A DNA stretch of 63,751 nt, counting the filler, from Bigelowiella natans CCMP2755 (Eukaryota > Protista > Cercozoa), in the NCBI GenBank assembly GCA_000320545.1. It is 5 parts of 5 records of this genome, joined end to end, with 100 filler letters (N's around TTAATTAATTAA, not from the genome) between each part and the next. Parts side by side here need not be neighbours in the genome. Positions count along the whole stretch, not along the records: positions 12,151 to 26,330 come from ADNK01003269.1; positions 26,431 to 35,501 come from ADNK01000109.1; 3 more parts are not named here. The stretch is one strand, 5' to 3'. Below the pieces are notes generated by a model. It had not been told where the DNA came from, did not search any database, and saw only the letters and a list, made by a program, of their open reading frames with translations. A program made the translations under genes and the position numbers. Shown here piece after piece: positions 16,065-33,920 of the stretch (position 1 is its first letter; each line of letters opens with the position of its first letter).

Positions 16065-17113
16065 CTCCACGGTGCTGTGATCTCTACAAGAAAAGAACAT
16101 TGAACATTGAATGTTGAATGAAGCAACGATGATTCAATTAGGACTAGGTGAGACTAGAAACTTATCAATTGTTGGTACAGCTAGAGTGTGTCTCGTGTTC
16201 TAGCTGAGACTGGGCAAAGTCGATCGGGTCCACAGATGGTGAGCAGTCAAGACAAGCAGCAGGGAATGCAACTAGGAGCATTGAGGGGAGGGAGCATCAT
16301 CATCAGATTGGCGTTCGGCAGCAAGACCAACTCATAGATCTGGTTTTAGCTGGCCTCCAGGAAACCGCTTGACAAAGAATTGTCCCGCCGCCAACGGCAA
16401 TCGCCCCGCTGTTCAAAGATGGCGACACGATTTTCTGATTGTCGCAATCGAGCTTTTGCATCGGGGAGTTTGACGTTTCAAGCGAACTTTTAGGCGCTTT
16501 TGGAAAGCGATATCCGCGAAGTTTCATTTAGTTAGTGAATGGGCACCTAGATCTAGATCTAATAACTCCATTTGTTTTAGACACATTATTATTGCTTTGC
16601 TCACAGACACAACAACTTCGTGTCAAAATTGAGTTCAAGCTGGGAAAGGAAGACGAAAGAAATCTGTGGCTAAAAAATACCCAGAACACAAAGCAATGAA
16701 CGCACACAAATTTACGAGCCATCTGGCTAAACGACTGTCCGAACTTGGGGCTGAAACTTAGGAAAAATTATCAGGTGAAACTCTCGATGTTTGTTTTAAA
16801 AACAAATGTCTCCATTTGTACAAGTTTTTGGCAGATTTCAGACGAAACATATGAAAATGGGTCTGTGTTTTGGATAACGAAGGTCCAAGCCCAAGAATAC
16901 CTTGGGTTCGTATCATACGACAACAAACCACTGCGTCGCAGAAGATTTTGGTCGTACTCGTGACCATGCAAGAAGATTTTCTTCGTAGAAAATGGGTTGT
17001 CACCTTGGCTTTTTTTGTTGCGACTTGGCATTTAAGCACAAAATGAACAATTACGCGTAGCCTCTGGCCAACAAAGATCCATTTGCTTCGTCAATTTGTG
17101 CTACAGGAAAACA

Positions 17114-21353
<4,240 letters not shown>

Positions 21354-22455
21354 TTTCTTACACCTGCACATTACAAAACTACCGTCGTAACTAAGCTGCA
21401 AAGCGGATAGGCTTGGCTGAGTCAGATAGCCTGCAATGACCAAAGCTTTAAGTTGATGGAATCATGTAGACAATTTACACATGTCGCATCGATACGATTT
21501 AGACTATCGCTCGAACGCAAATGATGACACGCACAAAAAGGAATGCCGTGATCAAAATACGTTCGGCATGATAACAGCATTGACTTAAAAAAATAAACAT
21601 GCTCGCAACCATTTGATCTAGCTATATACCTGTAGCGCGCATGCGCAGCTGTCATGACACTTGTTTGGCAGTTGTTACACCACTCTACTCTAGTACTGTG
21701 GCATTCTAGTAACACCCTAGCTAGCTAGGAGCGCATAGCACATGCCCTAGCTAGCTAGGCTCTAGCATAAACATCACTAGATCCTGCAGTGCCGGCTACG
21801 TGAAAGAGCTGACGAGAACAGTGCAACAGCATGTCTATTGACATCTAGAAGCCAACAGACATTTTTGAATTTGGATGAGCTAAAGCGCTACTTCTAGACT
21901 TTCATTGGCAGCCAATAACGATGAATAGATTAACTAGACGACAAACAACAAAGACACGAATCTTTGCGATTGACTACGCAGAATAAGGCGTACATATCCA
22001 AGAATGCTAGCATGTACACTAGGCACTTTGCACGCGATGGCATTTGATCGCTTAATTTGGTAACACAATAACGTACACATGTGAATCGTGAGCATGCATT
22101 GCGTAGTGCTATGAACCTAGCTGCACGAGTTTAGCACGTAGAGAGTATGTTCCAAAACCATCAACCCCATCGCAGATCGTCGTCGCTGCTCCCGCAGGTG
22201 TGTAATTGGGCATCGAGACGAGCAGATACCATCCTACAAGTTGCGCATAGACGAAAACGATATGGCCCGCTTTGGTGGACTCCGTCTACCTTTCTGAGGA
22301 TGCAGGAAAAGCGCACAACGCACTACTTCACTTTTCCTCGCCGCAAGGAAAACCGCAATCAGACTCCGCCCTTCAAGATGCCCTCAACAACCCCTCAGCC
22401 GCTATCCATTGTAACCGACCTGTTCTCCATTCGCCGCTATCGAAATAGACCTCAT

Positions 22456-22650
22456 CTACTCGTCCAGAGAAGGCGCCTGTGCAGGGCTGACTCGCAGGAA
22501 GACAACATCTCTGGGAGCAACTTCCGCATCATACCCAGTGGAATCTGCGCATGGCGGCAAACAATCCATTTCATTCTATGCCAAACGCGGCGCACAATGG
22601 CCGTGTTAGCCTGCTTCTCGCCCCTCCTCGCACAGCACGAGAGACAAACA

Positions 22651-22699
<49 letters not shown>

Positions 22700-22927
22700 A
22701 TTATTTTGTGAATCTGCATCACCCTTTGCTTCTTCGATGTCGCGTTTAGACCAGAGGTCTCTCACATTTGCAGCTGTTCCTTCCTTAGGGAACCCGGGAA
22801 GATCCTTCCAGGCCACGCTGACGTGCGCGTTCTTGAATATCCTGACATGAGAGGGGGGGTGGGAGGGGAGGGGTTAATAACAATAGCTCACGTTCGTAGC
22901 CGCTCTCCCTCTCCATCCCCCCCCTTC

Positions 22928-22965
<38 letters not shown>

Positions 22966-23108
22966 GTCTATCTTTTAAAGGTGCCGTCACCGGTTTCTGT
23001 TGTACAGAATCACAGCAAAATCGCCATTGTGCAGTGGCTTCGCCCACACCTAGGTTCAAATGTAAGGCCCGCAGCAATATTAACAACGTGCACGGACAGT
23101 GAGTGAGA

Positions 23109-23147
<39 letters not shown>

Positions 23148-25359
23148 AGGCAACGAACCCCCCCTCCTCCTTCTGTATATAGGCACTCTAGTTAAAACGA
23201 TCTCATCGTATTTGGTGAGGATACCTGAGCGCCAGTCTTGTCGTCACGCGCAACGATGTCCCCTGAATCAAGCAACGTCACGGTACAGAACAAACATGCA
23301 CGAGAGGAGGAGGAGGAGGAAGAGGAGGAGGAAAAGGAGGAGGAGCAGGGAATGAAGGACTGGGCCAAAAATGTTTGATATATCGTAATGCGGCGGTTGA
23401 CAAGTCCAATTCACTCGTGTCTATGGCAGCGGAAAAGGCCACATCGGATGTGTATTTTAGATAAAATGTTAAAGCATCCCCCCCCCCCCCCCCCTCCCTT
23501 CATGTCGCTACCAGCCACTCCGAGGGCGTCTTGGTCGATTGCGATGACCTTTGGTAATTTTCCATAAAGAAGCCAAGGTAAGTATGGGTATGGTGTGCCA
23601 AAAACACGGATCGATTCATAATCCCCCCCCCCCCCCCCTTCTTCTCCCCTTCTCTTTCTCTTGTTGCGACACCGTTCTTGCGTGCGAATGTTGTGCCGCA
23701 GGGTAGTGCGGTTGCTATATCGGAGGAAAGAGGCTTGCATTCTCCACATTCCTCGCACGTTTCCCCCTCTCCATATATTGCATCTATTGCAACGATGAGC
23801 ACCCCCACCCCCCCCTCCCCCTAGCTAAGCCAGACTCACAAACGCACCTCCGGATTCATCAGAATGGAACGCTTCTCGGTGCTCATCTTCCGCACGTCTG
23901 TGGTGAGGCGATGGTTGATGGCGTGAAGGTAATACTATCAGGGACAGATGACGGTGATGATGACGATGATGATGATAAAGTTTATGCCGCAGTTGCGAAA
24001 AAAACACGTGCAGCACACGCATATAACCTACCAGTCGCAACGATAAGAGGGGCGCTCCAAAGGCACCAGAAACTCATCCTTTTGACCATCAGCAACAAAG
24101 GGGTGAGGGGATAGCAAAACCAACGAGCGTCTCGTGCCGACACCAATAATGCAAATCCCACTGCTGCCGCGCTGGTGTGCATGCAGCACCTCTATCTCAA
24201 ATATGATAAACGCGCCATGCTAGCATGGTTGTCGATGAGCCTCCACATTACTGCGCTAGCCACTTGGAGGAGGGGGGGGGGGGGGTGATGTATAATAGAT
24301 TACTACCAATACTACTACAGCTACTACTACTACTACTACTACTACTCTGTGCGCGAGGCTGTGTAGTCCATCGTGATGGGGAAGAGAGTTTCCAGGAAAT
24401 CAGGGTCGAGCCACGCGTGAGGTCTAAGACACCAGGCAATCAAATATTATGCATTATAGGGGGGGGGGTTGATAATCGACGTCCCGGTTACTACTTCCAA
24501 TGCCACTCCTCCCCACCCCGCCTCTACCCTCTCCTCTCCGTAGCAGAATCCGTTATCGTCATCATCATCATCGTCGTCGTCGTCGTCATCAACTACATCA
24601 TCGTCATCACCATCACCAACTGCTGCAGCTACTGTTCCTGCTACCTTACGAAGGAGGACGGCTTCAAGGTGGAAACATACCTTCAAAACAAATCGAATAG
24701 GATATCGACGATTGAGAACCGTGGGAAATGAAGAGGGGAGGAAGGGGGGGTGGGGCACATATCGATCAATATCTCTCCTTATCTGCTAAGACTACTCGAT
24801 GATATCTCCAGTGCCCTGTCCAATCCCAGCGCCTTATTGTTGGCGTGAATGATGATGTGAGTAGGTGAGTGGGTGAATGTGTTTGGTTTCGTTCTTGAAA
24901 GCACTTCTCGCCCTCTCAAACAACGCAGCTCGGAGCTGCATGGGCGGGGCGCGCGGAGAGCATTTTCTATCGACGCCTCGTCCCCGGAGCAAATGCGAAA
25001 GCGTGTGCGTGTGCGTGTGCGTGTGCATGTGTGCGTGTGCGTATGTTGTCGTGGCCGCTAAAGCGATCGCTCAACCCACCCCACTACCTGCAACGCCCTT
25101 CGTTTTCGGGTAGTGCCTGATCATGTGGAAGGAACGGCAATTCACGAGGATGATGATGAGTTCTTAGATCACAAGGAGGGGGGGGGGGGGGTATTTTGAT
25201 TTGATCTTCAAGGGGCATCGCTATATCGTGAGAGATTTTAGTCGCTTCCTCTTACCAGAAGGGGATGTGATCCATTTGAATGCGGAACATCTGACCCAGC
25301 TCCCCCTGCGAGGTGGTCGGGAGAAAAGGAAGAAGAAATGAGAAGAAAGAGGCGGGGGC

Positions 25360-25395
<36 letters not shown>

Positions 25396-25456
25396 TCTCT
25401 ACGTGGCTTCGTTGGTAACATACATGTGAGTTGTACACATCATATGTAAACAACTG

Positions 25457-25503
<47 letters not shown>

Positions 25504-26219
25504 CGTGTAGTATTCAATGCAAGCAACAGTCGGTACTAACCCCCCATTCGGTGACATTCTCGTTGCCCCACTCACACAGGGAAAACAGGATCGGACGACC
25601 TATAGGAGAGAAGAAGGGGGGGGGGGGGGGGAGAGGGTTGGAGAGGGAGGAAGGAGAGGGAGGAAGGAGATGAAAGAAACAGTAAAACAACGGGTAACTG
25701 CCAATAAGGAGACAGAGAAGCGGGGAGGGGTTGGAAGAGCAAGAAGGAAAAGTCACCAGTTGCGTTCAAAGCCCTTGAGAAATTCGTGTAGAGTTCCCTG
25801 CCATATACAGATATCATCGACACAACAAAACGATGGAGAATGGTGTCCTGTGAGTCTTTGGAACAACAGAAAAACCAAAAACATCTCTCCTTCCCTCCTC
25901 CCCCAGTCGCTACCATCCTCCCATTTTCCTTGGCGTAGGCAACGGCTCTTTTTGTGGGAAAAAGCAGAACAAGAGGAAAAGAAACACTTACCGCGCTGGT
26001 GCTTTTGCATTGCAGAAGTCAGCTTTGACAAGGTCCATCCCCCACTCTGCAACCTAAGAGCATAACCCACCAACAAATCGCCGACGATAAGACTCGAGAG
26101 ATCGTACAATCTTCGGGTGTATTCTGACGAATGCCTCTATTTTGGAAACCGGCTTTTTTTATTGGTAGGGTTTCAACCGTATTTGCATCAATCTCGAAGT
26201 TCTGGTATGATCCTGGTAG
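22456..26219 (-). CDS. Alpha-galactosidase / alpha-N-acetylgalactosaminidase, GH27; 5' part missing (gap)
   Basis: Exons: LPGSYQNFEIDANT|VAEWGMDLVKADFC (nucleophile KxD), YTNFSRALNATG|RPILFSLCEWG, MFRIQMDH, WLDPDFL, SFWCLWSAPLIVAT, VIAIDQDALGVAG, VRDLWSKRD, VAPRDVVFLRVSP. Confidence 0.9.
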
Positions 26220-26330
26220 CTGAGAGGGGAAAGCGAAGTAGAGTTAGTGAGTTGGGGGGGGGGGGGGAGCTGGCATGATCATTTCAAAGCCCAAGTTCAC
26301 TATGCGGGGAGATATATATATATATATATA

Positions 26331-26430
26331 NNNNNNNNNNNNNNNNNNNNNNNNNNNNNNNNNNNNNNNNNNNNTTAATTAATTAANNNNNNNNNNNNNN
26401 NNNNNNNNNNNNNNNNNNNNNNNNNNNNNN
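26331..26430. other. Assembly gap spacer (N44-TTAATTAATTAA-N44)
   Basis: Same artificial linker. Confidence 0.97.
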
Positions 26431-26545
26431 TGGGGGTGGTGAGGAAGAAGGGGGAGGCCGGGACGTAATAGTGGGGGGGGAAGAGGGTGTCATTGAGTTT
26501 TTTCATTACTTGCCTTTTTTAGGAAAAAAGGACTTTTTCTTCTAG

Positions 26546-27109
26546 AGTCTCCTCCTCATGGTCGTTGTCCTTCAATTGCGACTTAATGAAAGACCTGGTG
26601 GAAGAGAGTTTGGAGACGCTTATGCCAGTGCTTAATGGGCAGGAATATCTTCCAACAGGCCTTTTCTTCGTAAATCATTTTTATCTTTTTCCCCTCCCTC
26701 CACCCCCCCCCCCCTCCTTTTCCTTCTCCTTCTCCCTTCACTCAAACACTTCCACAAAACATAATGTAACAGCAACACAACGATGTGTTGTTCGTCGTTG
26801 CGTGCTGCCGTCTGTCTTTTTGGTGAGCATTGACAGCATCCACAAGCTGAATAATACTTAAGCTGTCAGATGACAAGCCATCCGTAGCTGCTGCTGCCGA
26901 TGATGATGATGATGATGGTGATGGTGATGGTGATGATGATGATGCTCCTGCTAATACTCTATAATAATCTCCTAGGGGCTTTCCTTTGCTGATCTCGCTC
27001 GTGGCCACATGTCGCATGCTCTCCACAAGATTCTCCAAACCTTGCAGTAATACGATGATTCTGAATACTCCCCTGCTTGGAATAGATACCAAGCAGATTG
27101 GACGATGTG

Positions 27110-27151
<42 letters not shown>

Positions 27152-27423
27152 CGTGCGTGTGTGTGTGTGTGTGCGTGTGCAAATGCTGCAGAATTGGGTG
27201 CGGTGTGAGCTACGGAGGAGCTGGGAAGGAGCATATCTTGCAGGTGTACCTCCATCATTCACACAGACACGCCACCACACTCCCACACACACACACACAC
27301 ACATACACATACGATGAAATTAACTTGAGCAGGTGCCGGCTGCTTCTGAATTGTCAAATGAAATCCCTGGAATTAAGGGGAGGGCCATCCCTATCTTTAT
27401 ACTTTATCTCTCCGAGGTAACAA

Positions 27424-27467
<44 letters not shown>

Positions 27468-28399
27468 TTGTGAATATATAATTTGGTGAACGAAGAAGAT
27501 GGTATACCCCACAGCGTATCTGAATGCCTTGTTGCCTATTCCTTGGCCTCTCTCCCTCCCCCAACCAGCTGTGCCGGCGATTGTACTCGGAGCACATACC
27601 AAAGGTGCGAGTAGTTGTGTATCAAAGAGCATAATATGACTATCCGGAGCGTACGAGTAGTTGTTGCATTTCTATTCTGCCATTAATCATCCATCATCAG
27701 CTTGATAACCCCGCCAAACCCTCTCACCCCTACCCCCCCTCTCGCCTCCCAATGGCATGACAGGTATGGAATACGCTGCAAATGATGTCCAAGGCCCTCA
27801 AGAAGCACAGACAGGTAAAATGAACGATAGCATAGTATAGTGGAAGGCGAACCATCAAGTGCGGGGGGGGGGGGGGGGAAGTGAGTAATGATTAAAAGGC
27901 AATGGCTGAATGTGGACTGCTGACTCTTGTGTTTCTGCTGCTATATTGTTACATTATAGAACTTAGTCAATGTATATCAACGCGAACTCCCAACAATTCT
28001 CTCCAAGGTTTTTCCGATAATAATCTTGTAACTCATTCGTGTGTTGGGGAGGGGGGGGGGAGGGGAGCGTAAGGACTGCCTCATGAAGGAAAGTTCCAGG
28101 AATGCTTTATTTGAGTTCGCTCCGTGTCTTGTTTGCGATTTCCCCCCTCTGAACCGTTGTATCAACGTAGTATAAAGCAGCATCCAGAACCCTTCTGAAC
28201 GAATACGCAAAGGTAGATAGGCTGCCAGTGTTAATAGCCATTAGTATTCCGAAGATGTCATCGCGACTCTTGCATTCATTCTCATGGATTGGCGCTTGGA
28301 TCTGCTCCTCTGAACCACTTCACGACGTTGTTTTCCTCCTCTGCTTGCTGCATCGGAGGGCGGCTGCTGCTGTGCTGCTGTGCTGCTGTGCTGCTGGCG

Positions 28400-28433
<34 letters not shown>

Positions 28434-29848
28434 GTCTTAATGCATGCTGCTCTTCTAAATATAGGTGCGGGGGCGCGAATGTTGCGAGCTGATCCCTCTG
28501 GCCTCGGAGCTCGAAGGTGGGAGAATGAATGAACACGCCTCCAACTGGCGATGACAACGATGATGGATGAAGAGGAGGAGGAGGAGGAGGAGGAGGAGGA
28601 GGAGGAGTAAAGAAGACTCTTCGTGAGGAAAATTCTGATGATAACAGAAGGGGCGGAAGAGAGGAAGGACAAAAGATCATATACAATAGCTTTTGTTGCC
28701 GTTGTAGTTGCCAGTGAAGAGATTTTTCCTCTCTCTCCCCCCTCCCCCCTCCTCTCTCTCTCCCTCTATCTCTCTGCTGCAAAACATGACAGAAGCAGCA
28801 GTATGTGCAGTTTCTCATCGTTATTATTTTCTTCTTATTCCACACAATAATACGCCAAAGGTCCCAAATCGAAGCCGATCCCAATGACCAACGATGCTCG
28901 AGATGCGGAGAACACGCAGCCCTCCGCCTACGTAGCTTCTATCGTCGGTAGGCTGAAACAGGTCGCGACTCTTTCATTGCATCTATCACCGTTTATGTTA
29001 GAAAAATAAGAAGACTGGAGATAGGAGTGTATGGTGCGTAATGAGGAGGGGGAGAAGGAGGAGCAGCATTTCGACTTCTCTGCGACTCCTCCGCCACCAA
29101 TTCTCCTCCTCCTCCTCCTCATCCTCATCTTCCCCATCACGTCGCTGACATATTGTCATCATTGCCGTGCATGTGCCCGTGACACCCCCCTCTGCCGCTG
29201 CCCCATATCCCTCAGGTGTACCACGAGCTGGAGGTGTTCTACGGGTTCAATCCTGAGGAGAGGGGGGCCGATAAGTCGTCATCGAGGAGTAGAGGCCAAG
29301 GAAGCAGCAGATCGGTTGATAGTGATAGCTGATGCTCTATTCGTCGTTCGGCATGCATTTGTACATTGTTATGTTGCTGGTCGCTGCGATTAGCAATATC
29401 ATCGCCATTTTCATCCTCTTCTTCCTCATCTCCATCATCTCCACCATCATCATCGTCGTCATCGTCGTCAGGCTAATGCGGTCGGCTCATCGATGCGCAT
29501 GCTCCGAATGAACTCGGAAGAGAAGTACAGAAACCGGGAGATCGAGAGAATGTTCAGGGTAACGAAGTAGACATAGCAGTGGTAGTTAGCTTTCTTCAAC
29601 TCGATCACACAACACAACGCCAAAGCAGCACCACGGCTCATCCCCAAGGAAGGAGATAGGACAATATTACAGATTGGTGGTTGATATGCTTCTGTTGATT
29701 CAAACGCTGCCACATCCCCCCCCCCCGTCTTATACAGGAACGTGTCGATGTGTTGGACACCGTCAGCTCGAACAAAAGCTCTCCCATGGCTGCCATTCTT
29801 CGCATCCTGGCGAAGGCCTACGCAGAGTAATGACTCGATAGCAGCTTC

Positions 29849-29883
<35 letters not shown>

Positions 29884-30339
29884 GATGTGACTTTCAAACC
29901 GAGAATTGAGCTTCAAGAACAACAAGAAGAAGATGTTGCATTGAGGGCCGTGTTGTGGAATGTAAAGATGACCTCATAAACGTCGTTTTTTTTGGGCTAA
30001 CACCCATCCATGTTGACAATGGTCGTTAGCGCCACGTAGAGAGGGGGGGGGGGGGGGGGGGGGGGGGCAGGAGTTTACTTTCTTCTTATCTTACTTGTTC
30101 TTATTCTTCTTCTCTGTTTGGGTTGTATGTGATGTGTGTTAGGCGATTGAGGATGCAGGTGTTGACCGTGGGCGAGTGCCTGCAGGTGCAGCTAGACATC
30201 GGGTGTTTACGCCATTTCGCACCAGGCCTAACTGACAGGTGCGATATATCCTCGGTTAATGATAAAAATAGCAACAGTAGTGAAACGAGCTGCATGGACC
30301 TGCCTGCACACCTTTCAGCAGCCTTCCATTGTTTTTTTC

Positions 30340-30380
<41 letters not shown>

Positions 30381-30945
30381 TCCGTCATTTCTCTTTGCTC
30401 CGTCTCTTCTCCCCTTCTCCCTTCTCTTTCCCAGCGACGAGCACGGCATAGAGTTCTTGATGGAGGAGGCCATCACCGTGGCTGGGGACAGAACTAGACA
30501 GGTCCTAGCTACCCTTGAGCACAATCGTTTAATATAGTGAATATGATGACACTCGCGGCATTGAAAACAATGATGCTGTTGTCTTGGAATTGTGAGGGTA
30601 ATCAGGGCTAAAATTATCGGTGCATTCGTTGTATGTCCCCCTCCCCCCCATCCATCTCTTTTTTGCTTTTTATTAATATCTTTCAAAAACTCAGTGCCGT
30701 GCACATGCGGGGCCTACGTCATATAGGATGTCGTAGTCGTCGTTATCATCGATTTGGCTTCCTCCGCCATACATGACCGAAGTGCATATCGTAATGATCG
30801 TCCTATTTTCTTGTCTTTCCCTTTCTCTTCAATGCACCAGGAATTGGAAGTCTCAACGATCTTGAAGAGCCCTTTGGTCCAGAAGGTAAATGCGAAGCAT
30901 TTTCGCTTCCCGGAGGACGATTTCTTACTCGTCAAAAAAAAGTAA
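26546..30945 (+). CDS. VPS51: VPS51/Ang2-like GARP/EARP tethering subunit, C-terminal part; 5' end missing (gap)
   Basis: Spliced C-terminus REIERMFR|ERVDVLDTVSSNKSSPMAAILRILAKAYAE|RLRMQVLTVGECLQVQLDIGCLRHF…IEFLMEEAITVAGDR resembles the Vps51 C-terminal motif (LFSE.IDVF..V.F.K.S.L.GI.KI.LK.L.E.VRL.TF…G.QQ.QVD..FL…LLDEV…A..R). Confidence 0.7.
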
Positions 30946-32224
30946 TGACTAGAATCGCTAGCATAGTAGTACATCTGTGTATTGGAGGCGGAAGAACGAT
31001 GCATTTCTTGCGTGTAGAATCACTCGAAACAAAGAGACGAAACGCTCAAGAAATCTATCTGTCCGTGCACAGGGCAATACATAGCTGTCACGTGTAGGGT
31101 ATATGCATGTGCATGTGTGTGGATGTTTGTTGTTGGTAAATAAAGATTTATTGGTATAGCATACTTAAATAAAACATCTTCGTGTGTACGCATGTAGCGT
31201 GATTAGTGCGCGCAAAATGAATTTTGAGTTACGTAGCGCGCGAGCCGCACACATGAGATGAGCAAATGAATTCCTAGCCACGCACTGCGACGCTGCAAAG
31301 CACGCAGAAAAGGGAATTTGAAGGCAACTAATGCAGAAAATTTTGTACGAAACGTAGCAATGTTGGCGCACATGCACATTCGAACGTGTACAGGACGGAA
31401 GCCATTCATGCGCGTTAAATGTCGGACTAGTTCGGAAAGCATTCTCTCAAAAAAGAAATTTCAAGAGATATATAAGGGCTCGCAGACTTAGATACGAGGC
31501 ATTGTGCACTGTACCAAATTTATTAACTTATAGATAAGCTCGTTGAAACAAAAGAAAGACAAAATCGTGATGATGATGTACAAATTGTCAAATATTCAAA
31601 TCTAGTCCATTGATTAACATCAAATAGCAGAATCCTAAGGTCGGGATATAGATACATGGCTATTTAGATATAACATCTTAGCTAGAACTTTCCCTGTGGG
31701 GGTGATTATGATCCACATCTCCGGGCCGGGGCACGTTTGACAATGAGGGAGACGCTGTGATGGTGCAGGTTCAAAGTGCTGAGACGGTATAAATATACTC
31801 GTACGAGTATGATGTCAATGTGACGAATATGATGTCAATGTGTATGTCTTTTCGTTCCCTGCTGTGCTCTTTGTGTGTGTGCATGATGTTCCTGTTGATC
31901 TGCAGATAGATCCACACATCGGCACGCACGATTCTCTCCTACAAGCTGTAGCATCACGTCAAAGCTGTCAATCCTGCACCCGACATTTTCTTTTTTCGGC
32001 ACAATCTTCGGAATTCGCGACAAACCTGAACAAATCTTAGAACGAACATCGACCTATTTCAGTGGTGCGACACACATTATTCCCTCTTTTTCAGGCGCCG
32101 ACCTCTGAGTTTGAAGCCGCTTTCAAATTATGTATGTCATAAAATCAGTCTTATTATTAGATCTAGATCATCAGTAACGGATAGACAACTCCCTCACCCG
32201 CACAAAGATAATCGGCGAACGATC

Positions 32225-32301
32225 ATGAGTAAGTGCGTGGGTGTGAGCGAGAGTGTTTGTATTTTTTTGTTTTTCGTCATGCGCGAATACATTTGTGTGC
32301 A

Positions 32302-32339
<38 letters not shown>

Positions 32340-32429
32340 CCCACATTGTTTTGGAGTGTGAGTGAGCGTCCACGTGTGTTCTATTTTGTGCTATTTGTTT
32401 ACCTATGTCATTTCACACATACACCACAC

Positions 32430-32521
<92 letters not shown>

Positions 32522-32932
32522 TGCTTGCATGGGGGGTGAACATGACAGTGGAAACGGAGCCTGTCCTTTTTTTATCAAGCAATGATTCTTTTTGTTTGCA
32601 CAGGTGAACTTTCCAGCAAGAAAACTGTTGTAATTCGACCTTGGCACAACACCTGGGGTGGTAATACATTGTCTGCAAAAATTAAGAAGATGGTTGAAAC
32701 CCAGTTTGGAGAAGACATCAAAGTCACAGTGGAGCCGAATGGCGACGAGGAGTATGCAGGAATGCCGAAACTCGTGGTTAAGGCTAATGGCAAGAGTGTG
32801 TACTCGGACTCACTATACCAATTCGTTGAGCATAAAGATTCCCCCAAAATAGTAGAGAATGTCCGCAAAGCTCTCATTGAAAAAGCGGGTTTCAAGCTTG
32901 CTGAACAAGATGCTGAAGCCAAAAAAATGTAA
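32225..32932 (+). CDS. Rdx-family (SelW/SelT/SelH-like) thioredoxin-fold protein lacking the CxxU/CxxC motif; exons 32225-32228 and 32604-32932
   Basis: ATGA|gtaagt…cag|GT gives MSELSSKKTVVIRPWHNTWGGNTLSAKIKKMVETQFGEDIKVTVEPNGDEEYAGMPKLVVKANGKSVYSDSL…PKIVENVRKAL, which has the Rdx pattern (V.I…xxGx…I…F….V….V..NGK.VYS). Confidence 0.6.
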
Positions 32933-33137
32933 TCGTTGAATTGTGGGAAATGCATTTTAGGAGCATCGTGCCCACAAATGCATTTGTGCGGGTGCACTTA
33001 CATGTGATAGATTTCTCAAATTGACAGCGGAGCCATTAAGTGTCGTAATCGCATGTGTCATTCGGTCGATGTAATGACTATACGATGTGACATCCTATTC
33101 CACCAAAATATATACATGTATCTAGATATACATATAT

Positions 33138-33646
33138 ATGAGACGGATGTAATGAAGTGATTAAAACTTTTCAATGGTCATCCTAATGTAGCTATGCAAA
33201 GCAGCGGCTATAGCATATGTGTTGTGTCTATTTGTCTCAGCAATGCTGTGCATGAGACGGATGTAATGATTTGAATTAAATTTGTTCAATGGTCATCCTC
33301 ATGTAGCTGTGCAATGCAGCGGCTACAGCGTTAATGTCGAATTTGTTGGTCTCCGCTATGATGTGTTTCATGCAATCAATTGCTCAAACGCATGCGCAAT
33401 CAATTGAGCGCCATCATGGATCGCGCAATGACAAGGCAATAAAGCTGCTAACTGATGTTGAAAGAGAGAAAAGAACTGCTGTGCACAATGCACAACATCA
33501 ACAACCGCCAAAGGACGCTTTCACACGCATGTAACACATTGTGGTAGAAACAAATAGACACAAGACTAAGCGCTGCAGCCGCAGCTTTGCACAGCGCTAC
33601 AGCATATCAGGAAGACCATTAGAAATATTTAATCAATTCATTACAT

Positions 33647-33648
<2 letters not shown>
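33138..33648. repeat. Cluster of the dispersed two-hairpin repeat: two direct copies (33138-33250, 33251-33330) and one inverted copy (33535-33648)
   Basis: atgagacggatgtaatga..tga.ttaaa..t.ttcaatggtcatcct.atgtagct.tgcaa.gcagcggcta.agc occurs twice. Its reverse complement, including acaaatagacac, lies at 33535-33648. Confidence 0.85.
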
Positions 33649-33684
<36 letters not shown>

Positions 33685-33920
33685 AAGCAGCACAGTTGCT
33701 ACACGTGTAGCCCGTTGCAATCATCACATCACAATCTGCTGCTGGAACACGAACATGTAGTCATCAATGATAAATGCGCTGCGCCGCAATGGCTTATTGA
33801 AGGAACGAGGCACAGATGCAAATAGTGCATCTAGAATGTGATAATCATGTACTTGCAGCGGTCACGAAATGCTCTTGGCACAGCATTCTTGCTGTGTACA
33901 TGCAGTTCAAAACATCTCCA

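Noticed and set aside
33138-33215. Possible SECIS element downstream of the SelW-like gene (ATGA…AAA)
   Set aside because: Spacing between ATGA and AAA is too short, the ORF has no in-frame TGA, and the same sequence occurs next to unrelated genes.
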